From Cenococcum geophilum (lineage: Eukaryota), in assembly GCA_050273025.1 (NCBI GenBank), contig CP158635.1, forward strand, positions 7,812,001-7,876,000: a stretch of DNA of 64,000 nucleotides, read 5' to 3'. The notes under the pieces are model-generated. The model had not been told where the DNA came from. It worked only from the letters and a program-made list of their open reading frames with translations, and did no database searches. Position 1 is the first letter of the stretch. Each line of letters begins with the position of its first letter. Made by a program: the position numbers and the translations under genes. Shown piece after piece: positions 36,101 through 49,439 of this stretch.

Positions 36101-38653
36101 TACGGGGCTCAGCATTTAAAAGTAATGCCTTTGTCTACGCACTATGTATGCAAGGTGTCTCCTGTTTGTCCAAAAGCTCATTCGTCGTCGCTCCAGAAGA
36201 AGATCACGTCTTGGTGGAATCGTATTTTAATTAAACGGTAGGTCTTGCGGATAGTAGGTAGAACGGTAGCTTTGTCCTTATTCTTGGCGGTAAATATAAA
36301 ATTAAATTTAGAATACGTGCAATAGAAGTGCATCACGTATCTATCGCCGTTGTACCCTAGTTCTCCTAGGGTAATAATATTGAATGCTACCCGCTCAAAT
36401 GGTTGAGTGGCTGGAAATTCGTGTTCTCGTCTTCGAGAGATCTGCTGTGTGTGCTTTGATATTAAGCAGACTTCGCATTCGATTTTAAGCGGTACTCGTT
36501 TGTCGATTAGCTCTTTGAGCTCTGCGCCATTAACGTGCTTAGGAAGTTACTCAATAGCGTTAGGTCCTGCATGGCCAAGTATTTTATGCCATTTTGTAGC
36601 TGTAGCTCCAACTGGTTTGCGGGCCATTCTGCTTAGTTAATGTCTTCTTAATAAGAAGGTCGATTGAGTTGTCGAATCTAGGGTATTTATAGGCTCTCGG
36701 TGCATCAGTGCCTAGTGGCCCCCTAGTCGTTTCGCATAGCATACTGTTTCGCTAGTAGCTAGACGGTATAGCAAGTTTCGTCCTAAGTCAAAATGGATAT
36801 CGTTATCTGTAGCCCTTAATAGTGCTACGATATTTATAAACATGGTAGGTACCAATGCTACGTGGGATAGCTTCATTTTTGAGCTCCCAGTAGGTGTATC
36901 GACAGTAATCGTTACTATTCCGTAAGCCTATATTTTTTCACAATTTCCACCAGTAATTAGGTAGTCGTCTTCTGTAGCTGGGTAGAAGAAGGTAAAGTCT
37001 TCTTAGTTATTGCAGACGTGGGTATCTGCACCAGGGTCGAGTATCCAGGTATTCTAGAGTTTAAATAGAGTTTGACCAGTACTAAACACGGCAGCATGGC
37101 TAGTCGGGGTTTTGGAAGGTAGGGTTTTAGAATCAAAATCAATTGTAGATTCTATATTCTTCTTTACTTCCTATTCTCTTTTTAAGATAAGGTTAATAAT
37201 GCGTTTAATCCAAGGCGTAGATGAGATTACTTCTTCTACTTTCTTTTAGATGTCTGGGTTTGGTTTCCATCCTTAAGGGCGCTTCTGCTCAACGATGTAG
37301 TAGCAGCTACTAAATCGATGTTTGAAGCCGCATATGCATTCCTTATTCCATTTTAAATCTGAATTAGAATTGTTATTAGAATCTAAATTGGAATTGCCTA
37401 GGGTTGCAAAAGCAGAGTTATTGGCAGGGGTAGCCGAGGATGCTGCTTACTGCATGCGGTAGTACTCCTTAAATTCCTCAATTAGATCAATAATAGATAG
37501 GGCCTCTTTATCCTTCCGTTCTTTTCTAATAAGGTCTACTTCTAGTGCTCCTACAAAACTAGAAGAGATAGATTTGATAGCTTGAACAAAGTCATAGTAT
37601 AGCCTAAATCCTTATATATCTGGTAGCTTTAATTGCTCCGCAAGCTTATAGATATTCCGCCAGTTGTTTAACTATTTGTCGATACTCTGCTTTTTATTAT
37701 AGACTTTCAAAGCCGTGTACTGATTTAGGACGTCTCGTTTTCGACCTAAGGTGGTAGGGGCTAGTGCAGTCTTAAGTGCTTGAAGCCGTTCGTGTACCGT
37801 ATTAAGGTCGTCGATGAGTGGAAGGTAGGCTACCGATGTAGTGCGAACGATATAGTTACTGATATCGTTTATAGCCCGTTTTTGCTTCTCGTATATGCGA
37901 AGATCGTCTTTATATTCAGCATAGAGCTGGTTGTAGGCGGTGAGCTGACTTGGGTCTAGCTTTGCTATCAATGTAGCCGTGGGTAGTATGTCCCTTAGTA
38001 TAGGACGACTTGGTTATACTAGCTTTGGACGCTCGCCTTTTTTAGATGGGTCAATGTGCTCCCATACCTCGTTAGTTTTGGCAGTATCTTAGATAATAAA
38101 GAACCACTATGTCCAATCAGAAGGCTGGTTAAGGATCAGGTTAACTTTCGATTCGCTCATAGTCGTCATTTTTAGGATTTAACAGGTCAGGCAGGGTCCA
38201 ATTGGCGTCTTGGCAAAAACCTTATTTTAACGTTTCGAACTTTTGATTTAATTCGTCAGTTCGTTCGTCGGTCGGGTACGTACGTCAACTAGGGTCAATC
38301 GTCCGTTCGTTTAATAGGTAAAGAAGCTCAAGACACTATAAAGGTAGTAGAAGTAGTGACTTCTTGAATGAGGTAGTAGATTAATTGGTCAGCAGGTGGT
38401 GCGATCCGGGCTCATAACTGTAAGCTTTGTAGTGCGAAGAATTGAATAAACGACTTGATTGTGAATGTAGCTCTAGAGGCTCTATATATACACGAAGAAG
38501 GTAGAAGTAATGGGGTAATAGATAGCTGAAATGGGAACGGTAATCTGCCACCAATATTGATCTGCAACCACTATATTGGGTGGCGTTAACGCCATCTCGG
38601 AGCCTTCCAAGCGGTGATCTTGTGTCTCAACGCAGTGTCGGTAGTCGGTTACA
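33109..38653 (-). mobile_element. Full-length Ty1/Copia element (same family as 3185-12277) inserted in Gypsy RNase H
   Basis: 235-bp LTRs at 33109-33343 and 38419-38653. TSD TCTAT and PBS GTTATGAGCCC. Polyprotein relic 38169-33535 has WILDPGADTH, WHKILGH, IVFFYVDDI and SDAVFAD. Confidence 0.97.
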
Positions 38654-41600
38654 TCTATAATAAGGAGTTATTAGGTATAGTTACAGTACTTAAGGAATAG
38701 AGAGTATTCTTATAAGGCATAGAGAAACTATTTATGGTTAAGACAGATTATAAGAACCTAATAGGATTTTTAATAATAAAGGAACTTAACTAAAGATAGG
38801 TTAGATGGGTAGAGATGCTTACGGAATACTATTTTAAGATTTAGTATACTAAGGGTATAGATAATATATAAGCAGACGCTCTAAGTTAAAAGGCTAAACT
38901 ATAAAATAATAAAAAGCCATTAGGGGCTTTACTGTAAAAAGATATAGACGGATTAATTAGGTATAATTATCTAAAAATCGCAGTAACATAGGAAGAGAAA
39001 GTCTACGAGATATTAGAAAGCTTTTGGGTATAAAGAATTCTAGAAGTATAACTAGAAGATCTACAGACGGATATATATAAAAATTGAGAAGTAAAGTACA
39101 TCCTAAGAAGCATAGCTGAGTAATTCGTGGAAGAGTTCTATAAGGGATTAACTTAAGGATATAATAGAGCTATGGGCTTAGTATTAAGACTCTAGGAGGA
39201 GTATATTATTAATAGAATTTGGGGCTTAGCGCGAAAAGTTATAAAAGAATGTCTAGATTGCTAAAGGAATAAACTAACAAGGTATAAGCTATATAGAGGG
39301 CTATAACCTATTAAAACACTAGAGAGACTATGGGAGGTTATATTATAGGACTTTATTATTAAGTTATTAAAGTTAAGAGACCCTATTACCAGATAAGATT
39401 ATAACGCGATTTTAGTAATAGTAGATAAGCTTATAAAGTGGGGATACTTTATAGTATATATAGAAGAAATATTAGCGGAAGATGTTGCTAGAATCTATGT
39501 TAAAGAAGTATTCGTAAAATATAGGGCATTAAGTAAAATTATATCGGATAGAGATTTAAGATTTGTAGTAGCATTTTAGGAAGTGTTTTTAGTAGAGTAA
39601 GAAGTGCGAGTAGTAACTTCCACCGTATATTATTTGTAGACAGATAGTTAGACGGAAAGACTAAATTAGACACTAGAGTAGTATTTAAGGCATTATATTA
39701 ATTATATATAGAATAATTAGGTATTGCTATTACTAGTTATATAGTTTGCATACAATATAACGCTATAAGAGGGTATAGGTACATTACTATTTAAGGCAAA
39801 TTACGGATATAAGCTAAGAATATTATTATTACCACAATAAGTAAAGAAAATAAGTAGTATAGCCAAAGAAAGAATAAAGACGTTAATAAATCTTTATATA
39901 GACCTTATAGAATTAGTAAAGAAGGTATAAGAAAGAATAAAAAGGTACTATAATGCTAAGAGATCTAAGGGACTAGATCTTAAGGAGGGAGATAAAGTAT
40001 AGCTACTATATAAAAATTTTAAAAGTTAACAACTAAGTAAGAAATTAGACTATGTTAGACTAGGACCTTTTAAAATTATATAGAGGATTTCACCGGTTAC
40101 GTTTAAGTTAAACCTACTAGCTAAAATAAAGATCTACCCTATATAGTATATTGCAATGCTAGAGCTAGTATATAGGAATATTAAGCCACCGGTTTACGAA
40201 GCAGATATATATAGAGGATAAGAAAAAGACAAATAGCAAGTTTTAAGGATTGTTAGTTATAAGGACATTAACGATAAAATATGGTATAAGGTTAAGTAAA
40301 TAGGCTACACTAAGACTACCTAGGAGCTATTAGAAAATTTTAAAAACGCTATAAGAAAGGTATAGGAGTATCAGAAGAAATTAGGTCAGGTAGTATTAAT
40401 AAAGAAGGATTACTAAAGAATAAGTTACCTAAGGGGGACCTAAGAAGAGTAGTTACCGAACTACTTAGATCTATTTCCTTTTCTGTTAGAAGAGAATCCA
40501 TTCTTTTATTGCTAAGTTCCTGTAACTCTTATTCTATAAGTTTCTACTCCTTAAAACGGACCTTCTTACGAACCTTCTTAAGACGGATTAACCAAGTAGA
40601 CGCCGTAAGACGAGACTTAAGGGCCTATTGCTAAGCATCGGCAGCCTTCTATTCTGTATTATAGAAACGGTATAACTTTGCTAGAGTAATAGACAGTTTA
40701 TTATCTAGCCGCGTAGTAGTAGATTAAATATAAGACCTTAAGATAAATTAATTAGGGAACTAGACGACTATTAAGAGTAATAAGTCGCGTATATTTAGTA
40801 TTAGAGATGGAGCGAACGTTATAGGACAAACAAATATTTGCTTTAGTACACTCTAAGCAAGAGGACGGTTGTCGCAAAGATAGGTTTACCAACGTAATAT
40901 AAACTAACCCCTCTTTTAAATAACGAGAACACGGAGATAGTATAATCTTACCAAAAGACAATATTGCAGCTATAGTACGAACACGACGAGCAGTTAAAGA
41001 CGAAGAAATTGCTTTAGGTATAATAAGTAAAGATATTAACTAAATTAATCAGACAGATATTATACCTCTAGTAAATGACTTAGAGATATTAGAAATCTTC
41101 AAGGACGAAGATAGAGAGGAGGGAGATGGTGTTACGGACGCCTTAAGTACGATGTTACGACTACTTGGGGAAGAGTTAGAAGAAGCTAGTTAGTTAATAT
41201 AAGCACAGTCCAGGATGGAGCCGATAGAGCTATGTGACGAGGAATGGTAACCAAGGTCATATAATGTGATCTATATAATCTATATAATCTGCGTAATCCG
41301 CAATAAAGTAAATAGAGTATACATTTATTACGTACAAGAAGGATTTTATAGGAGTACGGTTATGTATTTAAGGACCCTTAGTCCCTACCTAGATAGTTCC
41401 TTTCTTATAGTAATTCTCAGAATATAATTGGAGTTAATCTATTAGGCAACCACTCCACCAGTTATTATTACGTTGTTGACTATTGTCTTTGTATTTCCTA
41501 TATACCTAGCCCACTGACGAGCCTATCGTAGTTCCTGCTACAAGGTTCCGTTACAGCAGCTACACTAGAGTTTATAAGGGTTATTGCTGCTGCTATAAGG

Positions 41601-41929
41601 GAGCCTTGTATATTTACTACTGCTTTATTAGCCGAAACCGTTACCCGTATAGAACTTTACGAAATTGTTAATTAGATAAGGGATAAGACTAGCCAACGCT
41701 TTATGGCTATAGAGAAAAAGTAGGATAAGTATTAGAATAAGGTGTTAAGTCTTCTACGTGGTTTGGCAGCTAGGGGAGTAGGTAAAAAAGGGAGAGAGTA
41801 GTAAGAAGTTTAACTTAATAAGGAAGCTCGTAATATATAATATAGGTATTCTTTGTTAACAATAGGGAACAGGAGGAAAGTCTTAGTGTAGTTATATAGA
41901 AAAAGAGGCTATTTCTCCTCCTCTTTCCT

Positions 41930-43163
41930 AATATTTACTAAAGAACAAATTAAGCTTATTTCAACCTTAAATCTACTACTATATTCACTTAACCCTCTCC
42001 TTACTATTACTACTACTAATAGCTAGATAGTCCTCTAATAAAGGCGGCAATAGCTTAAATATTCTTAATATTTAATTACCCCCTTATAGATAGGTTTAAC
42101 AGTTCTATAAAAAGGCAAAAACGGGCATATATAAGCCAATTGGGTATAGCCTAACTTCCAATACCCAACTATAAGTTAATAATTTAAACATACTTTTAAC
42201 GCCTTCAAAGCTATACTCTACTATAATCCTCTTTATTAATAGCCATTAATTAAGCGCTCGCTAACTTAGGGTTAGTATCCTATTCCTAGATTTCTTATAG
42301 GGCCCTAAAATATAATCCTGCGAACTAAAAGCCGCGTCACTATTTACAAATTAAGCTTAATCCTCTAGTAAATAGCTAAGTAAGTCCTTTAACTTCTTAC
42401 TAAGATAAACCTAGATATAGAGTGTAGCGTCGCCACTAGTAGTAGGTAAGCTAGTAAAGATCGCACTAAATAAACCGTCTAGAAGAACAATTGCTAGGTA
42501 CCTATAGGTATACTATTTATAGTGGCCGCTATAAAAGAGCTCTTAATCTTCTTTACCTAGATAATAGACATAAACTTCTATACCATTAATAAAGCTAAAT
42601 ATTAAATCGTTACCTAGCGAACTATTAATAGCTGTTATATACTACTTAATCCTTTCTGGCGTTATTATAGGCTTATTAAGCTAAATCCTTGCTCTAAACT
42701 TATTCTATATATCCTATAGAACACTATTCTAAACTTATAATAGCTAAGGTCGGCTATAGCTAAAGAAGAATATTATATAGCTAAAAGGGAGAGAATAAGC
42801 CAAGCGCTAGAGGAAGATAAGTAAGGATTCGTTAGGCGAACTTATTAACGCGTTTAGCCAGCTAGAGCGTAGATCGGTTATAAATTTGGTAGGTAAATTA
42901 AGGTTATATATAAGCTTTCTAACTTTATCTTTAGTAAATCTTATAAAGAACTTAAATAAGTAGTCGCTAAGGCCTCCTTTATCCTCCAGTTTCTAGACGT
43001 TAATTAGCTTACAGATAGGGCTAAGTCGCTTATACGGCTTCTAGGGCCAAATTGGATCGTCGTTACTGCAAAGGGCGGTTACAACTGCTAAGGCATTGCT
43101 GCTGTTCGTTTGGATTAGCTAAGAGACAGCAGTAAAGAACGCTTGGTGCTTAAGCTCGTCCAT
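41930..43163 (-). pseudogene. Harbinger-type DDE transposase (DDE_Tnp_4-like), RIP-inactivated
   Basis: ATG at 43163. LIFSFINGIEV...*ELFYSGHYK*Y corresponds to the FGFIDGT..Q..FYSGH.K.H motif, followed by AIVLLDGLF. Confidence 0.8.
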
Positions 43164-45860
43164 AAGGATATTGCGACTTTTGGTATTAAAGATTTTAGTA
43201 AGGAATAGGATCTATTTTTGGTAACAACTACTTATTAAATAATCTATCTTAAAACCCCTAAATAACAAATTAATATTTAACGAAGTTGACGTCAAGTAAG
43301 CGCTAAATATTTAGTACGTCGATTATATTAAACGAATATATCGTTCTATCGAAACCCCCCTAATCTCTTAGACGCTTCGCAGAGGAATTTTGGGGGGTGG
43401 TAGGGGTGGTAGGAGTAGTGCGGCGTTCTATTGGCTAATAAGTACCCATAAGTTAGAGCGACCGTCTGGTTGGCTCATAAGTTCCTATGGCGCGGGCGGG
43501 AGCAAGGAGGTGGCCGCCTCCTTAAATTCCTCGGCGAAGCGGATGAGTCAACTGAGATAAGTGGCCGGAGCGTGTCGGCCGCCCTCCCTACTAGCCCGGG
43601 TGCGATATACACCCTCCTGTCATCTCCGGTGGTTAGCGCCTTACTAGTGACGCCTCTCGGGCGGAAATCCTCATACAGATTAGTATGAGTTTCCCCGTCT
43701 TGGCAGCGAGCTTCAAAAGACCTTAATATTAAAAATTTATGAAGCTTTTTAAACCCAATGATTGTATGGTAGATTGCCTATATACGAATATTTCTGAAGT
43801 CATAGTAGCCAAATAAGTGTTAAAATCAACGCTTAGCAATCAAACGAGTGTCTAAATGTGTCTAAGCTCCTGATCGTCCTCCAAGCTTTCTACTATCCTC
43901 TACCACTTGGTAGGTCCCCCTTCTGCTTCAATTACTGCCTAAAGGCGTGCAGGCATAGTAGCGCATGATATGCCGAGTTTAGCTTCTAAGGTCCATATAT
44001 TTTAGGGCACTACTAGCCAGACACCCCCTAATTACTGCGCGCACACCCCCCAATTACTGCTCGCACACCCCCCCAAAACAGGCTTAGATCCTTCCTCTTC
44101 AGGTTAAAATATCACGTGTGTTTGACTTGTTTACACCTAAATCGCGAAAACAACACCACGCGCCCTACCTAAATCAATACCTCGTATTGCCTTACCTTCT
44201 TATCCAAGAGCCTGCAATTGTAGAGCGTTATCGCGGTCGCCCGGCTGACTCTACGAATCGCATTGATAACTCTACTTAGCGGGAGCTCTTAGCATTCGAG
44301 CGAAATGCTGGTTTCTACTTTAATATTGTATAAAACATGGCTTTAGAAGCGGATTTATCTCTTCTTAAAAATACTCCTAGCTTAATTAAGAGCTCTAGTA
44401 TATAATAGGCTTAGCTTTAATCTCTAGTCTATAAATTTACTCGCCTACTATATAAAAATAAGCTAATATATAATAAAAAGAACCGAAGGCTTATATACTG
44501 CAATTAGTGCGAAAGTTACTTAGCACTATTAACTATAAATATAAAAAAACACCTTGTGAAAGACAATGTAATCTTTATTAACTTAAAACAGCCTTATACG
44601 AAGGAGCAAGTACTTAAAAAGCTTTAGGAACTTTAGGTAAAAATAGTATTAGAATTTAGGATAGATAAAGTTAATTCTATAATTCTTATAAAGGTTCTAA
44701 ATAAGGAAGTTATCTAATAAGCTTTTATTAGCTTAGTTGTTGTATAAAACCTTCCATTCCGGATTATAAAGTGGGAAGAGTTCTATATCTTTTATTAGGC
44801 TCTTAACCTAAAGTTATCCGATTTAATAATAATAGTATACTTAGAAATTTCTTAAATAATTACCTATTTCTTCTAGTTATAGAAAGACATTATATAAAGA
44901 TAAGTTTAATCAGCGTTAATAAGTATTTATCTTTCTATTGATATCTGGACGTCTTTAAATAACTACCTTTTTCTCGCAGTCTATGCCTACTTTATTAATA
45001 GCTAGGAAAACCGGATAAAAGCTCTTCTTACCCTTTATATGGTACCTGGTTATAGTGGAGCTAAATAATAAAATACCCTTTTTTTAGTTTTAGAGGAGTA
45101 TGGGATTATATAAAAGCTTGGAGCTATTATTATAGATAATTCTATAATAAATAATACTCTTTATTATACGATTTATAAGTATCTTGCTAATAATAAGGAT
45201 ATTACCTAAGATCCTATTTAATAACATATCCGCTACTAGGGGTATACTATTAATCTTACCGTCTAGGCCTGCCTCTTTAAAGATACTCTTAAACTTAAGG
45301 CTATTAAGTTATATAAAAGGAATAATATAAGCGGAAAGGAGTAAAGTTATAAGGAAGAGATTAAGTAGAAATAGGCTTTTTAAGTAATAGGCCTACTTAG
45401 CAAGCTTTATAATATTATAGTATACTTTTATACTTTAGTAAGCCGTATAAAGGAGTTTGAGACTTTAGTTAGAAGACGAGTTTTACTTAATAATTGTATA
45501 AGATGGAATAGCTGGTATTAAATACTTAGCGTCTTACTTAAGTATAAGTTAGGAATTAATAACTATATTAAGAGCAACTTTAATACGCTTAAGGAGGATT
45601 ATATCTTACTATAAGACTAAAAGCTTCTTTATACGATTTATACTTTTCTAAAGCTATTCTACTATATAACATTAGAGATATAAGGGGATTATATAACACT
45701 TAATTAAGTACTCTTTATAATAGATGTGCTTATTAAATATATAGAGAACTCTCTTATATAACTCTTCTTCTAGCTACTTTATTTAAGCTAAAGCTAATAT
45801 TATATAATAGGTATTCTTTAAATTAAATAAAGCTCTCTTACTTTAAGTAAAGAATGTATA

Positions 45861-46661
45861 ACGTAGTCTGCGGGCAAGTGTTACGGAGTAAGTATAAGCG
45901 ACAATAATATATAGCAAAGTAGATATTATTAAGCTATGTATATAAACTATATAATGAGATTAAAACGTTACGTAAGGAAAGAAGGTAGGAAAATGGGAAG
46001 AAAGAGCATATATTGTTGACTTGGTTGCTTAGTTAATACGTATATAAGGCAGAATAGGATTTAGGTCGTGGTCCTGGCAGAACTTAGTAAAATTTAGTGG
46101 AACTTGGCAGAATATGGCAGAATGCCGTAGATTGCCGTTAGATTGCCATTAGATTGCTATTTCACGGTTAGTCTCTAATTGCTAAGTCGGTGGAAACAGG
46201 TAGACGTGTGCAAGGTGTTATAGGGGTGTCCCGTGATAGCAAGTGGCTATTGCGGGCATGTGGCCACCTCCAAAAACTCACCAAAAAACCAAAAAATCGT
46301 TCTTTAATATCTTAACAACAACTAAATAATAAATTCTAATAATTAAGATTTAGACTTTTATATACGCTCTATAGCTCCTATTAAAGTTATATAGTAATTA
46401 GTTAAGTAGTTTTTAAGATATAGTAATTTAACTTTACTTAGCCTTATTTTAGCCCCTAAATTATAATATCTTAAAAACCACTTATCTAATTACTATATAA
46501 CTTTAATAGGAGCTATAGAGCGTATATAAAAGTCTAAATCTCAATTATTAGAATTTATTATTTAGTTGTTGTTGAGATATTAAAGAGCAATTTTTTGGTT
46601 TTTTGGTGAGTTTTTGGAGGTGGCCATATGCCCGCAATGGCCACTTGCCCGCAGACTATGT
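45861..46661. mobile_element. Fold-back MITE with ACGT termini (pogo/Fot1-like), TA TSD
   Basis: The two halves are near-perfect inverted copies of ~200 bp each once the solo LTR is removed. TA flanks at 45859-45860 and 46662-46663. Confidence 0.9.
45879..46238. mobile_element. Solo LTR (360 bp) inserted in the MITE TIR
   Basis: TGTTACGG..CCGTGATA (RIP of CA) ends and 5-bp TSD GCAAG. Confidence 0.85.
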
Positions 46662-47409
46662 TAGGCGAAGTTTAATAAGTACTACCAGAGAATAGATAAT
46701 TCGCCTCTTTACGCCGCTGTACTTATTCTTTACCTAAATCGTTATATAAAGTATATTAAGACATTTTAGAAGAAGGAGTAATAGAAAATAGTACTTCTAA
46801 AGGTTTAATGGCTCTGGGAAACGTACTAAGAATTAGAAAAGCCTATTACCTTTCTTTAGATAGTATTATATAATAAGCTATTATAAGATAAGTATAAGGA
46901 ACTTAATAAGTATAATTAAATTATAAACGAGTTAAATAAAAAGGTTATTTAACTAGTAAGCTAGGATAAGTACGAGGACTACTGCTTTGAAGTACCGTAT
47001 AAAATTAAAGTTTCTCTACTTTAGTGGTGGTCTTAAAAATAATAAATAAAGCGCTGGCTGCGGCTTTTACTCTTTATAAAAGAGGTACTTTTAATTCTAG
47101 CTATAAGTGACAAACTAGAGAGAGTATTTTTAGAAGGATATTGTACGATATTATAGGAATGGATAAAGCTTAGAATATTAAATGTTGAAAGAATAGAGTG
47201 TATAAAGAGTTAGTATATAAGTAAAATTTTAAAAGAGAATAGCTAAAGGAGGAATAGAAGAAGTATAGTAGTTATATAAGGAAAGGAAAGGTACGTAAGG
47301 GTATAAAATAAAATAATTTTAGATAAAAGATAACTACTAAAGGCGCGTACATCGGGAAAATATTCGTAGGATGAGATTTAAGTAGACTTTGGTTTTCGCG
47401 TTTCGCGTA

Positions 47410-47805
47410 ATTAACATACAATTTAACCAACTTAACACGCAATTAACTAACTTAATACACAATTAACCAACTTAACATATAATTTAACTAACTTAATACG
47501 CAGTTAACCTACTTAACATACAATTTAACTAACTTAACACGTAGTTAACCTACTTAATATACAATTTAACTAACTTAACACGCAGTTAACCTACTTAACA
47601 TGCAATTTAACTAACTTAACACGCAGTTAATCTACTTAATATATAATTTAACCAACTTAACACATAGTTAACCTACTTAACATGCAATTTAATTAACTCG
47701 ATACGCAGTTAACCTACTTAATATATAATTTAACTAACTTAACACATAATTAATCTACTTAACATATAATTTAACTAACTTAATATATAGTTAACCTACT
47801 TAACA
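47410..47805 (+). repeat. Tandem array of alternating 21/20-bp monomers (41-bp dimer)
   Basis: CAATTTAACYAACTTAACAC / GCAGTTAACCTACTTAACAT repeated. Confidence 0.9.
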
Positions 47806-47934
47806 ACTTTAAAAGCTAACTATATATTTCTTAATGTGCGATTAAGGTAAAGTTATATGCTATATATTTAACTATTATATATAATCCTATACAATCTTAT
47901 ATAATCTTATACAATCTTATAGTCTTATTACTTA

Positions 47935-48309
47935 GAAGCTCTGCACAAGGCTCTATATAAAGCTCTACGTACAAAGGCTCTGTACAAAGCTCTACGTATA
48001 GAGGCTCTATATAAAGCTCTGCACGAAGCTTCGTATAAGGCTCTTTACGAGGCTCTATACGAAGCTCTGCGTATAGAGGCTCTGCACGAAGCTCTGCACG
48101 AAGCTCTGCATAAAGCTCTACACGAAGCTCTGCATGAAGCTCTGTATAAAGCTTTGCACGAAGCTTTGTACGAAGCTCTATATAAAGCTCTATATAAAGC
48201 TCTACACAAGGCTCTGCACGAGGCTCTGCGAGAAGCTCTGCATACAGAGGCTCTGCACGAGGCTCTGCGTAAAGCTCTACGTACAGAGGCTCTATATAAA
48301 GCTCTGCAT
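47935..48309 (+). repeat. 12-bp tandem array GAAGCTCTGCAC (RIP variants AAAGCTCTATAT)
   Basis: Direct inspection. Same unit as at ~9.5 kb and ~23 kb. Confidence 0.9.
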
Positions 48310-48437
48310 CGGGTCCCCACTATATTCCCGATAGCCTTTACACGTGCCTCTACCCTATATAACTACCTTATTTTTTACCCTTCCTTTCTTCTTTATATCC
48401 TCCCTACCTAGGGAGGCACCAGAACGGCAGCCAGTAG

Positions 48438-49400
48438 AGAACTATTGCTAGAACTAGACAACCGTCGCCAGAACTAGATAACCATTACTAAAACTAGATA
48501 ACTATTACTAGCTAGACAACCGTCGCTAGAACTAGACAACTATCGCCAGAACTAGACAACTATCGCTAGCTAGATAACTGTTACTAGAACTAGACGACCA
48601 TTACTAGAGCTAGATAACCGTTACTAGAACTAGATAACCGTTGCCAGCGCTAAATAACTATTACTAAAACTAAACAACTGTCGCTAGCTAGATGACTATT
48701 ACTAGAACTAAATAACCGTTGCTAGAGCTAGACAACCATTACTAGAACTAGACGACCGTTACTAGCGCTAAATAACTATCGCTAAAACTAGACGACCGTT
48801 ACTAGCTAGACGACCGTTACTAAAACTAGATAACCGTTACTAAAGCCAGACAACCATCGCCAGAACTAAACGACCGTTGCTAGCGCTAGACAACCGTTAC
48901 TAAAACTGGACAACCGTTACTAGCTAGACGACCGTTACTAGAACTAGATAATTGTTGCTAAAGCTAGACAATTATTACTAGAACTAGACAACCGTTACTA
49001 GCGCCAGACGACCGTTACTAAAACTAGACAACCGTTGCTAGCTAGACGACCGTTACTAAAACTAGATAACTGTTGCTAGAGCTAGACGACTATCGCCAGA
49101 ACTAAATAACCGTCGCTAGAACTAGATGACCGTTACTAGAACCAGACAATCGTTACTAAAACTAGACGACTGTTGCTAGCTAGACAACCATTACTAGAAC
49201 TAGACGACCGTTGCTAGAGCTAGATAACCGTTACTAGAACTAAACGACTGTTACTAACGCTAAACAATTATCGCTAGAACTAGACAACTGTCGCTAGTTA
49301 GACAACTATTATTAGAACTAGACAACTGTTGCTAAAGCTAGACAACCGTCGCCAGAACTAGACGATTATCGCTAAAGCTAGACGATAACGACTAGCTAGC
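48438..49400 (+). repeat. 20/18-bp minisatellite (GAACTAGACAACCGTCGCCA) with a 118-bp higher-order period
   Basis: Monomer starts recur in the order GCT, GAAC, GAGC, GAAC, GCGC, AAAC. Confidence 0.88.
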
Positions 49401-49439
49401 CAACACTATAAACAATTTAATTAATTAATTGAATTAAGG

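Larger units (their letters stand above)
24481..41555 (+). mobile_element. Ty3/Gypsy chromovirus LTR retrotransposon with nested LINE and Copia
   Basis: 426-bp LTRs at 24481-24906 and 41130-41555. TSD GCAGC and PPT AGAGAGGAGGGAGATGG. Gag starts MPPKAA (~24953), then Zn knuckle (~25960), protease ALIDS.AT (28021), RT YLDD relic (~32545), RNase H ETDA (~32985), integrase (~39330) and chromodomain (~40230-40370). Confidence 0.96.
23453..43361 (-). mobile_element. PIF/Harbinger (PHIS superfamily) DNA transposon, inflated to ~20 kb by a nested Gypsy
   Basis: ~37-bp TIR AGGGGGGTTTCGATRGAACGATATATTCGTT and 3-bp TSD AAT (23450-23452, 43362-43364). Transposase relic on the minus strand, plus a convergent second ORF relic (~23870-24480 + 41561-41840). 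Confidence 0.88.
44337..47230 (+). pseudogene. hAT-superfamily transposase relic (BED finger, DDE, dimerisation domain), interrupted by a MITE and solo LTR
   Basis: DIWTSLNN (~44940), ITDN-like (~45130), HIR...TINL (~45225), RWNSWY (~45500), and ..LIxAISDKLERVF (~47095). Subterminal direct repeats CACCCCC-AATTACTGC at 44020-44075. Right TIR not found. Confidence 0.85.

Noticed and set aside
47410..49400. CRISPR-like appearance of regular short repeats
   Set aside because: No unique spacers, no cas genes and a eukaryotic context. These are tandem minisatellites.
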